Source: Gammaproteobacteria bacterium (GTDB taxonomy: Bacteria; Pseudomonadota; Gammaproteobacteria; JABABF01). Taken from it: 64,000 nt of DNA. Every line of letters starts with the position of its first letter. Within the stretch, counting starts at the first letter, position 1. Location of the stretch: positions 1,184,001 through 1,248,000 of the forward strand of contig OZ250153.1 in assembly GCA_965237805.1 (NCBI GenBank). The letters are read 5' to 3'. Of the stretch, positions 8,162-18,681 are shown in pieces. The notes under the pieces were generated by a model. It saw nothing but the letters and a program-made list of their open reading frames with translations, had not been told where the DNA came from and did no database searches. The position numbers were made by a program, and so were the translations under genes.

Positions 8162-10264
8162 TCAAACCGCCCCATACCTTGCCTTCTCCCCTAGCCACCT
8201 GCGCACCAGCGGGGCCACGCTCTCGGGGTGCTCGCGCATCAGCTGCGCGGCGTAGCGGCGCACTTCCGGCTGTAGATCGAGGTCGCGGCGCAGCTCGGCG
8301 ATGCGAAATTGCATGATGCCGGTCTGGCGGGTGCCGAGCACTTCGCCCGGTCCGCGTAGCTCCAGATCGCGCTCGGCGATGACGAAGCCGTCGTGGTGGT
8401 CGCGTATCGCCTCCAGCCGTGTGCGTGCGTTCGCCGATAGCGGCGAGCCGTAGAGCAAGACGCAGTGGCTCTGCTCGGCACCGCGCCCGATGCGCCCGCG
8501 CAACTGATGCAGCTGCGATAGGCCGAGTCGCTCGGGGTTTTCGATCACCATCAGGCTGGCGCTGGGCACATCGACGCCGACTTCCACCACGGTCGTCGCC
8601 ACCAGCAGTGCTGTCTCCCCGGCGCGGAAGGCGCGCATCACCGCCGCTTTTTCGCGCACGCCGTGGCGGCCGTGCACCAAGCCGATCTGCAATTCTGGCA
8701 GCGCTTTGCGCAGCCGTGCGGCGGTCTCCTCGGCCGCTTGGCATTGCAGGTTCTCGGATTCTTCCACCAAGGTGCAGATCCAGTAGGCTTGGCGTCCTGC
8801 GGCGCAGGCGGCGCGCACTCGGCTCATCACCGCATCGCGGCGGCTCTCGCCGATCAATACGGTGCCCACCGGTTGGCGACCCGGCGGCAGCTCGTCGATC
8901 ACCGAGCAATCCAAATCGCTGTAGGCGCTCATCGTCAAGGTGCGCGGGATCGGTGTCGCGGTCATGATCAGCTGGTGTGGCGCCGCGTCGCTGCCCTTGT
9001 CACTCAGCGTCAGGCGCTGGTGGACGCCGAAGCGGTGCTGCTCGTCGATGACGACCAAGCCGAGCTGCGCGAAACGCACATCCTCCTGCAACAGCGCGTG
9101 GGTGCCGACGGCCAGCACGGCGTCGCCGGTCGCCAGCTCGGACAGCAGTTTTTTGCGCCGCTGGCCGCGAGCGCGGCGGGTCAGGCTGATGACGCGCAGC
9201 TGCAATGCACCCAGCCAGCGCTCAAATGACAGCAAGTGCTGCTCGGCCAAGATTTCGGTCGGTGCCATGATGGCGACTTGGCAGCCAGCGGCGATTGCCT
9301 GCACCGCCGCCAGTGCCGCCACCGCGGTTTTTCCGGAACCGACATCGCCCTGTAGCAGGCGTAGCATCGGCACAGCGCGCGACAGGTCGCCTGCGATTTC
9401 GGTCGCCACCCGCTCTTGCGCCGCTGTCAACTCGAAGCCGAATTCGTCGCGTAGGGCGGTCTGCAGCGCGGGCGCTGGCGGCAGTGCTGGCGCGGTGCGG
9501 CTGCGCACGGCGCGGCGCACTTGCAATAGGCTCAGCCGGTGCGCGAGCAGTTCCTCAAAGGCGAGCCGCCGCTGGCAGGGGTGACGCCCAGCTTCCAACT
9601 CCGTCAGCGGTGCGTCGGGCGGTGGGGCGTGTAGGTAGCGCAGCGCAGCGGCCAAATCGCTGCCGCTGCCGCCCAGCTGTGGCGGTGTCGGCAGCCAGTC
9701 CGATAGCCCGCCTGCGGCCAACTCTCGCAGCGCGGCGGCGGTGGCGCGGCGCAGGGCGTATTGGTTGAGGCCGGCGGTGGATGGGTAGACCGGGCTCAGG
9801 CATTGCTCGGCCTCCGGCTCGCCGACGCGCAGCACATGCACTTCCGGATGAGACATCTCGAGGCGGCGGCCCTGGCTGCGCAGCTCGCCGAAGCAGCGCA
9901 CCCGGGCACCGGGCTGCAGCAGGCGGCGCAGCCACGGCTGGTGGTTGAAGAAACGCAGCCGGAGTATCCCGCTGTCGTCGGCCACCTCGCAGCTCAAGCT
10001 GCGGCGTCCTCGGTAGACTTCGTCGCAGCGCAGCACCTGTCCGACGATCACCGCCTTGCCCGCTGCTGTCAGCTCGGCGATGGGGCTGATGCGGGTGCGG
10101 TCCTCATAGCGCATCGGCAGGTGGAACAGCAGATCTTGAACTGTGTCGATGCCCAAGTTCTCGGTCAGCAGGCGGGCTGTCTGCGGATCCATCTTGGGCA
10201 GGGCCGCGACGGAGAGCTGCTCCAAGGGGAGGTTCACGGGGGTGGATCTTGGCGCTGGCGACAT
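8162..10264 (-). CDS. recG: ATP-dependent DNA helicase RecG
   Basis: RLLQGDVGSGKT, MAPTEILAEQH, IDEQHRFG, MTATPIPRTL and QLHQLRGRIGRG motifs. Confidence 0.98.
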   Translation of the reverse strand: MSPAPRSTPVNLPLEQLSVAALPKMDPQTARLLTENLGIDTVQDLLFHLPMRYEDRTRISPIAELTAAGKAVIVGQVLRCDEVYRGRRSLSCEVADDSGILRLRFFNHQPWLRRLLQPGARVRCFGELRSQGRRLEMSHPEVHVLRVGEPEAEQCLSPVYPSTAGLNQYALRRATAAALRELAAGGLSDWLPTPPQLGGSGSDLAAALRYLHAPPPDAPLTELEAGRHPCQRRLAFEELLAHRLSLLQVRRAVRSRTAPALPPAPALQTALRDEFGFELTAAQERVATEIAGDLSRAVPMLRLLQGDVGSGKTAVAALAAVQAIAAGCQVAIMAPTEILAEQHLLSFERWLGALQLRVISLTRRARGQRRKKLLSELATGDAVLAVGTHALLQEDVRFAQLGLVVIDEQHRFGVHQRLTLSDKGSDAAPHQLIMTATPIPRTLTMSAYSDLDCSVIDELPPGRQPVGTVLIGESRRDAVMSRVRAACAAGRQAYWICTLVEESENLQCQAAEETAARLRKALPELQIGLVHGRHGVREKAAVMRAFRAGETALLVATTVVEVGVDVPSASLMVIENPERLGLSQLHQLRGRIGRGAEQSHCVLLYGSPLSANARTRLEAIRDHHDGFVIAERDLELRGPGEVLGTRQTGIMQFRIAELRRDLDLQPEVRRYAAQLMREHPESVAPLVRRWLGEKARYGAV

Positions 10265-10362
10265 GCGGCTATTCTAATTTGTCGCCGGTCGCTCGCAGGC
10301 CGCTGTCGCGGTGTCCTTGTACACTGCCATCCACAACACGGGGCAGCTGGCGGGAGACAGCG

Positions 10363-11214
10363 ATGGCCAATGTTTTGATCGCCGGTTGTGGGGATGTCGG
10401 CAGCCGCGCAGGGCAGCGCTTGGCGGCGGTCGGTCACCGCCTGTGGGGGCTGCGCCGACGGGCGCTGGCGCTGCCCGCGCCGCTGCAGACGCTGGCGGCG
10501 GATCTCGCCGACCCCCGCGCGCTGCAGCGCGCCTTGGATGGCTTGAATTTCGACTATGTGCTCTACAGTGCCGCCGCAGATGAGTTCAGTGAGAGTGCCT
10601 ATCGGCGCATCTATGTGGACGGCCTGCGGCAGCTGCTGGCGGCCTTGGAGCAGCCCCCTCGCCTGTTGTTGTTCTGCTCCAGCACCAGTGTCTACCACCA
10701 AGCCGACGGTGAGTGGGTGGCTGAGGACAGTGTCACCGAGCCGTCCGGCTTCTCCGGTCGCTGCATGCTCGAGGGCGAGGCGCTGCTCGACGGGCGGGCG
10801 GCCTCGGTGCTGCGCCTGTCGGGCATTTACGGGCCGGGGCGCACGGGCCTGCTGCAGCGGGTGCGCGGTGGCGCGCCCTGCCCGCGCCAACCGCCGTTGT
10901 ACAGCAACCGCATCCACAGCGAGGACGCGGCCGGTGCCATCGCCCACCTCGTGGCGCGTGCCGAGGCGGGCACAGCAGCTCCCGCCCGGCTGCTCCTGAG
11001 CGACAGCGAGCCAGCACCGCTGCGCGAGGTGGTGGATTGGCTGGCAGGGGAGCTGGGTGTGGCACCGCCTCCCGACAGCGGCGATGCCGACGCGTCTTCA
11101 TCGCGCCCACGCGGCAGCAAGCGCTGCCGCAACACCGCATTGCTTGCCACTGGCTACCAGCTGCGCTATCCCAGCTTCAGGGAGGGCTATGGGGAGTTGA
11201 TCAGCGGACGCTAG
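10363..11214 (+). CDS. NAD-dependent epimerase/dehydratase (atypical SDR, YeeZ-like)
   Basis: MANVLIAGCGDVG, SSTSVY, RLSGIYGPGR, NRIHSED and YPSFREG motifs. Confidence 0.85.
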   Translation: MANVLIAGCGDVGSRAGQRLAAVGHRLWGLRRRALALPAPLQTLAADLADPRALQRALDGLNFDYVLYSAAADEFSESAYRRIYVDGLRQLLAALEQPPRLLLFCSSTSVYHQADGEWVAEDSVTEPSGFSGRCMLEGEALLDGRAASVLRLSGIYGPGRTGLLQRVRGGAPCPRQPPLYSNRIHSEDAAGAIAHLVARAEAGTAAPARLLLSDSEPAPLREVVDWLAGELGVAPPPDSGDADASSSRPRGSKRCRNTALLATGYQLRYPSFREGYGELISGR

Positions 11215-11231
11215 CGCCGCGCCAGACAGCC

Positions 11232-11633
11232 TCAGCCCTCGTCCAACACCAGCACGGCTTCCACTTCGATGGCCGCGCCCTTGGGCAGGGCGGCGACGCC
11301 GACGCAGGCGCGCGCTGGGTAGGGCTCGCTGAAATACTCAGCCATCAGCTCGTTGACACGGGCAAAATCGCCCAGATCTGTCAGCGAGATGTTCAGTTTG
11401 ACGGCGTTGTCCAAGCCGCCCCCAGCTGCCTCGGCGACGGCTTGCAAGTTGTCGAAGACGCGCCGGGTCTGCGCCGCGATGTCACCTTCGACCAATGTCA
11501 TCGTCTGTGGATCCAAGGGAATCTGTCCCGACAGATAGACGGTGTCGCCGCAACGCACCGCCTGCGAATAAGGGCCGATCGCCTGCGGTGCCCGCGGGTT
11601 GTGAATGATGGTGCGCCCGCTCATCTCGCCCAC
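11232..11633 (-). CDS. ridA: RidA family enamine/imine deaminase
   Basis: [20 protein letters not shown] and [16 protein letters not shown] motifs; follows spoT. Confidence 0.93.
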   Translation of the reverse strand: MGEMSGRTIIHNPRAPQAIGPYSQAVRCGDTVYLSGQIPLDPQTMTLVEGDIAAQTRRVFDNLQAVAEAAGGGLDNAVKLNISLTDLGDFARVNELMAEYFSEPYPARACVGVAALPKGAAIEVEAVLVLDEG

Positions 11634-11670
11634 TCATCGCGGTGGCGTTGCGCTGTTGCCAGTGCGGCTG

Positions 11671-13902
11671 TCACTGGTTGGCCTGCCGGTGTACTTGGCT
11701 GACATGCGACATGCGGTGGATGCCGCGCATGATGCTGGCCAAGTGCACGCGGTCGCGCACGCCAACCGTCAGCAAGATGCGCGCCGAGCCAGCTTCTTGA
11801 TCTTCGATGTTGATGCCCTCGATGTCGCTTTCGCACTCCTGCACACGGCTCGCCAACTGCGCTAGGGCACCGCGTCCGTTCTTCATCGCCACCGCCAGCC
11901 TAGCGCTGAACTCGCCGTCCACTTCTTCGGCCCATTGCAGGGGCACCAGCTCCGCCGCCTCGGTGCCGCCAGCGGACAGATTGTGGCAGCCCTGTGCGTG
12001 TACCACCAGCCCGCGTCCGGCACTCAACTGGCCGATGATCTGGTCGCCGGGCACCGGCCCGCAACAGCCGCCGAACTGGACCACCAAGCCCTCACTACCG
12101 TGGATGCTCAGCGGCTGGTGGCGCGATCGGATGCCGAAGTAGCGCGGCAGGTCCCACCAGCTCCGGTCGCTGCCCACATCCGAGGCATGCACCAAGCGGT
12201 GTGCGACGAGCAGTACCGGTAGATCACCGAAACCGATCTCAGCCAGCTGTTGCTCGAAATCCCCCGGCTCGGCTGGGCGGCTTTTGCCACCTGTGCCATC
12301 GTTTCCCGTCGCATCGCGCAACAGTTGCGCGGCTTTGTCCTCACCGCCCAGCGCCGCCAGCGAGGTGCCCAAGCTGATCAAGCGGTTTTCCAGCAGCTGG
12401 CGGCCGAGGGAGATTGCATCCTCGCGTTGCCGCCGCCTGAGCGATTGGCGGATGCGCGCACGCGCCTTGGGAGTGACCACCCAAGCGAGCCATTCCGGTG
12501 ATGGGCGGATCTTGGAGTCGGTCAGGATTTCGACTGTTTGGCCACTGCTCAGCGGTGTCGAGCGTGTGCTGATGCGGCGGTTTACCTTGCAACCAGCGCA
12601 GTGGTCGCCGATATTCGAGTGGATGGCATAGGCGAAATCCAATGGTGTGGCCCCGCATGGTAGCGAGCGAATGGCTCCCTTGGGGGTGATGACGAAGATC
12701 TCGTCCGAATAGAGGTCGGCGCGCAGTTGTTCGAGGAACTCTAGCGAGTCGCCAGCTTGTCGTTGCATCTCCAACAGGCCGCGCACCCACCGGCGCAAGC
12801 GCTGCTGGTCGGCGACCCCGCCCGTCTGGCTGTCGCTACCTTTGTACAGCCAGTGTGCGGCGATGCCGTGGTTTGCCATCTCCTCCATCTCGTGGGTGCG
12901 GATCTGCACTTCCACTCGCACTTGTTGGCGCCCGAACAGAGCGGTGTGCAAGGATTGGTAGCCATTGGGCTTGGGAATGGCGATGTAGTCGTCGAAGCTG
13001 CTGGGCACCGGTTTGTAGAGGCTGTGCACCACGCCCAGCGCGTGGTAGCAAGAGCGCACGTCGTTGACGATGATGCGAAAGCCGAACACATCCATCAGGT
13101 CGGCAAAGGAAGTGCCTCGGCGCACTTTGTCGTAGATTGCGTAGATGCTTTTTTCTCGGCCGTAGACGCGTGCCTCGATGCTCTCTTCCTGCAGACGCTG
13201 TTCGATCTCCCCTTTGATGTCGGCGATCAGCTCGCGATGTCCGCCGCGTGCCCGCTCCACCACCGAGCTGATGAGCCTTGCCCGCATGGGGTAGAGCGCG
13301 CTGAAGGCGCGTTCCTCCAGCTCGACACGCATCTTGTCCATGCCCAGCCGCGCGGCGATTGGGGCGTAGAAGCTCAATGTTTCGCGGGCGATGCGCCGCT
13401 GGCGTGGGCGCGGCAACACGCCGATGGTGCGGATGTTGTGGAGGCGGTCAACCAGTTTCAGTAGGATGACGCGGATATCCCGCGCCATCGCCAGCATCAT
13501 TTTCTGGAAGTTGTCGGCCTGTTGTTCATCGCGGGTTCGGTCTTCGATTTGGTCCAGCTTAGTGACCCCATCGACCAGCATGGCCACGGCATCGCCAAAG
13601 AGTTGCCGCAGCGTTGCTGGCTCGACGCTGCAATCTTCCTGTACATCGTGGAGCAGGCCAGCGGCGATGCACTCGGCATCCATGCGCATATCACCCAGAA
13701 TGCCAGCGACCGCCAGCGGGTGCATGATGAAAGGCTCGCCGCTATCGCGCTGTTGTCCGTCATGGGCTTGTGCCGCATAGCGGGCGGCTCGTGCCACCAA
13801 TTGCGCTTGCGTCGGCGACAGGTAGTCTTGAAGTGCCGCGCTGAGCTGGTCGATCGCCGCGCCCACCGCATCTGCGGGGGCGTTGCCGACCTGCGGCGTC
13901 AA
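11671..13902 (-). CDS. spoT: Bifunctional (p)ppGpp synthetase/hydrolase
   Basis: Intact HD motif (LLHDVQED), NGYQSLHT, EVQIRT, TGS domain (DFAYAIH), CC-P-PGD and ACT domain. Located in gmk-rpoZ-spoT. Start is uncertain (TTG 13902 chosen; ORF is open to 14046). Confidence 0.93.
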   Translation of the reverse strand: MTPQVGNAPADAVGAAIDQLSAALQDYLSPTQAQLVARAARYAAQAHDGQQRDSGEPFIMHPLAVAGILGDMRMDAECIAAGLLHDVQEDCSVEPATLRQLFGDAVAMLVDGVTKLDQIEDRTRDEQQADNFQKMMLAMARDIRVILLKLVDRLHNIRTIGVLPRPRQRRIARETLSFYAPIAARLGMDKMRVELEERAFSALYPMRARLISSVVERARGGHRELIADIKGEIEQRLQEESIEARVYGREKSIYAIYDKVRRGTSFADLMDVFGFRIIVNDVRSCYHALGVVHSLYKPVPSSFDDYIAIPKPNGYQSLHTALFGRQQVRVEVQIRTHEMEEMANHGIAAHWLYKGSDSQTGGVADQQRLRRWVRGLLEMQRQAGDSLEFLEQLRADLYSDEIFVITPKGAIRSLPCGATPLDFAYAIHSNIGDHCAGCKVNRRISTRSTPLSSGQTVEILTDSKIRPSPEWLAWVVTPKARARIRQSLRRRQREDAISLGRQLLENRLISLGTSLAALGGEDKAAQLLRDATGNDGTGGKSRPAEPGDFEQQLAEIGFGDLPVLLVAHRLVHASDVGSDRSWWDLPRYFGIRSRHQPLSIHGSEGLVVQFGGCCGPVPGDQIIGQLSAGRGLVVHAQGCHNLSAGGTEAAELVPLQWAEEVDGEFSARLAVAMKNGRGALAQLASRVQECESDIEGINIEDQEAGSARILLTVGVRDRVHLASIMRGIHRMSHVSQVHRQANQ

Positions 13903-13921
13903 AGGGAGGAGACAGTCAGGC

Positions 13922-14374
13922 TCAGTCGCCAGCTGGGGTGCTTTCGCTTTTTGTCTGGCCCGCTTCGGCACTGTCTGAAGCCTCGTCATCGGTGTCATTT
14001 GCCACGCTGTCGACGGCATCTGCGACGCTGCTGTCTGGTGTAGCATCGCTCAGCGCTTCTGCTGTGTCCGCTTCGACCTCGTCCTCTTCATCGTCAAAAC
14101 CGATCGGGGTGACGGGCGGCTGCTCTTTCAAGCCGCTGAATTGGCTCAGCAGGTCTTGACCGAAGTCGAAGTGTTCTTCGACGCTGTCGGTGGTCACCTG
14201 CCCGGCTTCCACTTCTCGCAGGGCAATCACTGTCGGCTTGTCGTCTTCGACGGCGACGAAGGAATCGCCGCCCCGTACCAATTGCCGAGCCCGTTTTGTC
14301 GCTGTCAGCACCAAGTCGAAAGCATTGCCCATGCCCGGTTGCCGCAGGCATCTTTCTACCGTAATTCGTGCCAT
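13922..14374 (-). CDS. rpoZ: RNA polymerase omega subunit with acidic extension
   Basis: MARITVERC...[14 protein letters not shown]...[10 protein letters not shown]. Confidence 0.93.
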   Translation of the reverse strand: MARITVERCLRQPGMGNAFDLVLTATKRARQLVRGGDSFVAVEDDKPTVIALREVEAGQVTTDSVEEHFDFGQDLLSQFSGLKEQPPVTPIGFDDEEDEVEADTAEALSDATPDSSVADAVDSVANDTDDEASDSAEAGQTKSESTPAGD

Positions 14375-14455
14375 TATCAGATCTCAGCTGCGTTAGCTTG
14401 CGGTGGTCTCAGGGTCGGTAATTATAGCACCACCGCCTATCTCGACCTTTCGCAC

Positions 14456-15097
14456 TTAGCTGGCATCGGCTTCCCACAGCTGCTGTAGCAGTGCGTCGTG
14501 GCGGGCTTCTTGGCAGCGGCGCAGCAGTGCACCGCCGCTCAGTGCGCGGCGCAGGTCCGCCAGCGCCTGCTCGAAGTACTCGTTGATGATCAGGTAGTCG
14601 GCGCTGCGGGCGTGGCGCATATCCGCCACGGCGCTCGCCAAGCGGCGGTGGCGCAGCTCGGGCGCTTCGCTGCCGCGCCCGTCGAGGCGTGTGCCCAGCG
14701 CGCCGAGGCTGGGCGGCAAGATGAAGACCCACACCCCTTGGGGCATTGCCTCGCGCACCTGCAGAGCACCTTGCCAATCGATTTCCAGCAACACATCGCG
14801 CTCGTCCGCCAAGGTCTGCTCGACCCATTGGCGAGAGCTGCCGTACTGATGGCCGAAGACCTCGGCGTGCTCAAGGAACTCCCCCGCTGCCACCATATCG
14901 GCGAAGTGTGGCGGGTCGATGAAGTGGTACTCGACCCCTTCGGTCTCGCCATCACGTTTCGGGCGCGTGGTGTAGGACACCGACACGGCGATGCGGTCTT
15001 GGTCACGTGCCAGCGCCGCCACCAAGCTGGATTTGCCGACGCCAGAGGGGCCGGAGATCGTATACAGGGCGTTGCGTGTTGTGGGGGTGGGGGGCAC
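14456..15097 (-). CDS. gmk: Guanylate kinase
   Basis: GPSGVGKS, SYTTRPKR.GE.EGVEYHF, LEIDWQGA and FILPPS motifs. Confidence 0.96.
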   Translation of the reverse strand: MPPTPTTRNALYTISGPSGVGKSSLVAALARDQDRIAVSVSYTTRPKRDGETEGVEYHFIDPPHFADMVAAGEFLEHAEVFGHQYGSSRQWVEQTLADERDVLLEIDWQGALQVREAMPQGVWVFILPPSLGALGTRLDGRGSEAPELRHRRLASAVADMRHARSADYLIINEYFEQALADLRRALSGGALLRRCQEARHDALLQQLWEADAS

Positions 15098-15202
15098 GGC
15101 GGAGTCACAGCCGATGGGTGTTGGCGGTTATTCTAGTGTTTGGCGGTGTACGGTGTGGATCGCTTGTGCCGTCGGTGTGCAGGCTGTGGCAGGAGGTGGA
15201 CG

Positions 15203-15823
15203 ATGTCGGCTGGTGAGCGCTCTGGGAAAGCGTGGCGGGATGCTTTCCTGCACCTTGCGCTGGAGCGCGAAGCGTTGCGGCGCGGTGATTTCACGCTGAA
15301 GTCTGGCCGCCGTAGCGATTTCTTCTTCGATATGGGGCGGCTGTGTCGCGGTGGTGACCTGGCGCTACTCGGTCGCGCCTTTGCCGCCGAGCTGCTGGCG
15401 ATGGAAAGCACCGGTCATGTGAAGGTGGACATACTGTTCGGCCCGGCCTACAAGGGCATCCCATTGGTGGCGGCGACCGCGCAGGCTCTGGCCGTCGAGC
15501 ACGGTCGCGATTTGGCGTGGGCTTATGACCGCAAGCAAGAAAAGGATCACGGTGAGGGCGGGAGCTTGGTCGGCGCTGCCTTGCACGGCCGCCGCGTGGC
15601 GATCATCGACGATGTGTTGACGGCGGGCACCGCCGCCCGTGCTATGGCGGGGCGGCTACGAGATGCCGGTGCCGAAGTGGTGCTATTACTGGTGGCGGTG
15701 GATCGTGAGGAGCCGGGGCCGGGTGGCGGCCTAGCAGCTACAGAACTGGTGGCCGAGGGTTGGGTCGGCGCGGTCGGGCATATCGCCCGCCGCTCGGATT
15801 TTGAGAGCCTCAGCAATTCCTGA
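15203..15823 (+). CDS. pyrE: Orotate phosphoribosyltransferase
   Basis: FTLKSGR, FGPAYKGIP, RKQEKDHGEGG and IIDDVLTAGTA motifs; AGGAGG RBS before ATG 15203. Confidence 0.95.
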   Translation: MSAGERSGKAWRDAFLHLALEREALRRGDFTLKSGRRSDFFFDMGRLCRGGDLALLGRAFAAELLAMESTGHVKVDILFGPAYKGIPLVAATAQALAVEHGRDLAWAYDRKQEKDHGEGGSLVGAALHGRRVAIIDDVLTAGTAARAMAGRLRDAGAEVVLLLVAVDREEPGPGGGLAATELVAEGWVGAVGHIARRSDFESLSNS

Positions 15824-15914
15824 AGGATCCCAGCGCGCTGACTTGTGCGTGCGATTTAGCAGCGACTTGCCAAACGTTGTCCGCGGTGCTCTATAGCCTG
15901 CTTCGCACCACTCC

Positions 15915-16820
15915 CTAGCCCAACTCCTCCGCCTCGACCAGTGTGCCGATACCGTGGTCGGTGAAGATCTCGATCAACGTCGCGTGCGTTGCGCGCGCAT
16001 CGATGATGTGGGCGCGCGGCACGCCGTTGGCGGTGGCTGCCAGAGCGCTCTCCAGCTTGGGCAGCATGCCGCCCGCCACTGCCCCGGCGGCGATCAGCTC
16101 ACGGGCGCGAGCCGATGTCACCGCCGCCAGCAGCGCGCCGTCAGCGTCCCGCACGCCCTCGACATCGGTCAGCAGGATCAGCTTGACGGCCTCCAAGGCG
16201 CTGGCGAGCTGGGCGGCCGCGGTGTCGGCGTTGATATTGAAGAGGCCGCCAGTCGGATCGTCGGCATCCACGCCAAGCGGGGCGATGACCGGAATCTGAT
16301 CAGCGCTCAGCGCTGTGGTGATGGCGTCCGTCGCCACCGAGCGCAGACGCCCGACCCGCCCCAATTCTTCCCGCCCCAGCGATTCGGCTCGTAGCGGGCT
16401 CTCGCTACCGCCGCACCAAGGGCAGGGGGAGGCCCCGGCCTCGGTGAGGGCTGCGACCACCTGCCGATTGACCTCGCCCAAGGCCTCGGCCACAGTTGCC
16501 ATCACTGCGGGTGTCGTCACCCGCAGACCGTCGATGAAGCGGCTCTCTATCCCGCGCTCGCGCAACAGGGCACCGATGTTCTTGCCGCCTCCGTGCACGA
16601 CGACGGGCTGCGCACCGACGGCCTGCAACAGCGCGATGTCGGCGCTGAAACGTCGCAGCAAGCCCTTGCCAGCCAAGGTGCTACCACCCAGTTTGATCAC
16701 CAGCGGTCGGTCGATCAACGGGCGCAGATAGGGCAGGGCTTCATGCAGCACCTCGGCGATGCGGATGCCGCTGTCGCGAGCCTCGTGTCGAGACTGGGCA
16801 GCTGGTTTTTTCTGCTGCAT
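15915..16820 (-). CDS. argB: Acetylglutamate kinase
   Basis: EALPY, IKLGG, VHGGG, GLRVT, NINAD, GGMLPK and GIGT motifs. Start approximate. Confidence 0.95.
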   Translation of the reverse strand: MQQKKPAAQSRHEARDSGIRIAEVLHEALPYLRPLIDRPLVIKLGGSTLAGKGLLRRFSADIALLQAVGAQPVVVHGGGKNIGALLRERGIESRFIDGLRVTTPAVMATVAEALGEVNRQVVAALTEAGASPCPWCGGSESPLRAESLGREELGRVGRLRSVATDAITTALSADQIPVIAPLGVDADDPTGGLFNINADTAAAQLASALEAVKLILLTDVEGVRDADGALLAAVTSARARELIAAGAVAGGMLPKLESALAATANGVPRAHIIDARATHATLIEIFTDHGIGTLVEAEELG

Positions 16821-16949
16821 CACAGTGCCTTGAGCGGTGGGGCATCGCGGTTGACCATTGTATAGGCTACGTCGCGCACCGCTTGATATGGTCGCTGTTG
16901 TGGTAGTATCCACGATGGTTTTTTGCTAGGTGTTTAAGAGCCTTCTGAT

Positions 16950-18671
16950 ATGTCCTACGATCACGAATACGACATCGTCGTCATCGGTAGCGGTAATGGT
17001 GCGCTGACGGCGGCCATCTGCGCTGCCAAGGCGGGTGCACGAACTTTGGTCATCGAAAAGAGCGACCAGTACGGCGGCACCAGCGCCACTTCGGGCGGCG
17101 GTGTTTGGATTCCCAACAACCGCTATGCGGTGGCTGCTGGTGCCGACGATTCGCCCGCGGAGGCCACCACCTATATCCGCCATGTGGCGCGTGAGGAGGT
17201 GCGCGACGAGTTGATTGATGTCTATGTGCGCGAGGGGCCGCGCATGATCGACTATATGCACGAGAACACCGACTGGGTGCGCTACCTGAATTTGGTGCAC
17301 TACCCAGACTACTTCCCCGCCGACCCCGGTGGACGCTCCGGTAACCGCTCGATGGAGCCGGAGCCGCTGGACGGCCTGTTGTTGGGCAAGGATCTGTGGC
17401 AGCTGCGCGAGCAGCATCCGCAGACGCGCCTTCCCGGTGGCATCAATTTCACTCAGGTGGAGGGGCAGGTGTTGCTCGGTGGTTTGCCGGGCTGGAAGCT
17501 GATGATGGCCAAGAGCATCTGGGCTTATTTGTCTGATCTGCGCATGCGAGTGCGCTCTTTACGCGACCGTCGTTTGACCATGGGAAACGCCGGCATCGCA
17601 CGTCTGCGCTTGGCGATGCGCGATCTCGACATCCCGCTGTGGCTCAACTGTTCACTGAGCGAGTTGATCGTCGACGACAGTGGGCGCGTCAGTGGCATCG
17701 TGGCCGAGAAGCAGGGTGAAGGCACGCTGCGCATCGGCACCGCCAAGGGGGTCATCCTCGCTGCCGGTGGCTTTGAGCGCAATGCCGAGCTGCGTGAGAA
17801 ATATTTGCCTGCGCCCACCAACACCCAGTGGAGCGCCGCCAATATGCACAACACAGGCGATGCCATTGTCGCCGCACAGCAGCTCGGTGCCGCCACCTCG
17901 CAGATGGACTGGGGCTGGTGGACAACTACCTGTGTCATCCCCGGTCGCGAGAAGGCGCAGCTGATGATGATCGAGAAATCCATGCCCGGCAATTACACCG
18001 TGAACCAGAAAGGCGAGCGCTTCAGCAATGAGTCGCAGAACTATGTCAGCTTTGTCGAAGACCTTTTCCGGGAGTACAACCAGGGCAATCCCTGTGTGCC
18101 CTGCTACATGATCTTCGATGCCGATTTCCGCAGCGAGCGTCCTTGCGGGCCGGTACCCCAAGGCAAGCTATTCCCAGATTTCATGGTGCCCCGTAGCTGG
18201 TGGGACAAATCTTTTTTCAGCAAGGCGCACACCTTGGAGGCGTTGGCGCGCAAGATCGGCATCGATCCGGTCGGTCTGTTGGAGACCCAGAACAAGGTGA
18301 ATGGCTATGCCGAAGAGGGCGTGGACCTGGACTTTCACCGTGGCGAGGACGACTACGACCGCTACTACGGTGATCCCCGCTTCAAGAATCCTTGCCTCGG
18401 CCCGTTGCGCCGACCGCCTTTCTATGCGATGGCGATGTATCCCGGCGAGATGGGCACCGCTGGCGGTTTGGTCATCGACCCGCATGGTCGGGTGTTGCGC
18501 GACGATGAGAACGAGACGCCCATCCCCGGCCTCTACGCCACTGGCAATTGCACCGCTGCGCTGTTGCCGCGCTATCCGGGCCCCGGCTCGACGCTGGGGC
18601 CGGCGATGGTCTTCGGTTACTTGGCGGCGCGGCACGCTATGGGCGTGACCGAAGCCGTGGCAGCCGCCTGA
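16950..18671 (+). CDS. 3-ketosteroid-delta1-dehydrogenase-like flavoprotein
   Basis: GSGNGA, GGTSATSGGGVWIPNN, YPDY, AAGGFERN, RFSNESQNY and YPGPGSTLGPAM motifs (KstD-type tyrosines present). Confidence 0.82.
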   Translation: MSYDHEYDIVVIGSGNGALTAAICAAKAGARTLVIEKSDQYGGTSATSGGGVWIPNNRYAVAAGADDSPAEATTYIRHVAREEVRDELIDVYVREGPRMIDYMHENTDWVRYLNLVHYPDYFPADPGGRSGNRSMEPEPLDGLLLGKDLWQLREQHPQTRLPGGINFTQVEGQVLLGGLPGWKLMMAKSIWAYLSDLRMRVRSLRDRRLTMGNAGIARLRLAMRDLDIPLWLNCSLSELIVDDSGRVSGIVAEKQGEGTLRIGTAKGVILAAGGFERNAELREKYLPAPTNTQWSAANMHNTGDAIVAAQQLGAATSQMDWGWWTTTCVIPGREKAQLMMIEKSMPGNYTVNQKGERFSNESQNYVSFVEDLFREYNQGNPCVPCYMIFDADFRSERPCGPVPQGKLFPDFMVPRSWWDKSFFSKAHTLEALARKIGIDPVGLLETQNKVNGYAEEGVDLDFHRGEDDYDRYYGDPRFKNPCLGPLRRPPFYAMAMYPGEMGTAGGLVIDPHGRVLRDDENETPIPGLYATGNCTAALLPRYPGPGSTLGPAMVFGYLAARHAMGVTEAVAAA

Positions 18672-18681
18672 TGGCCGTGCG

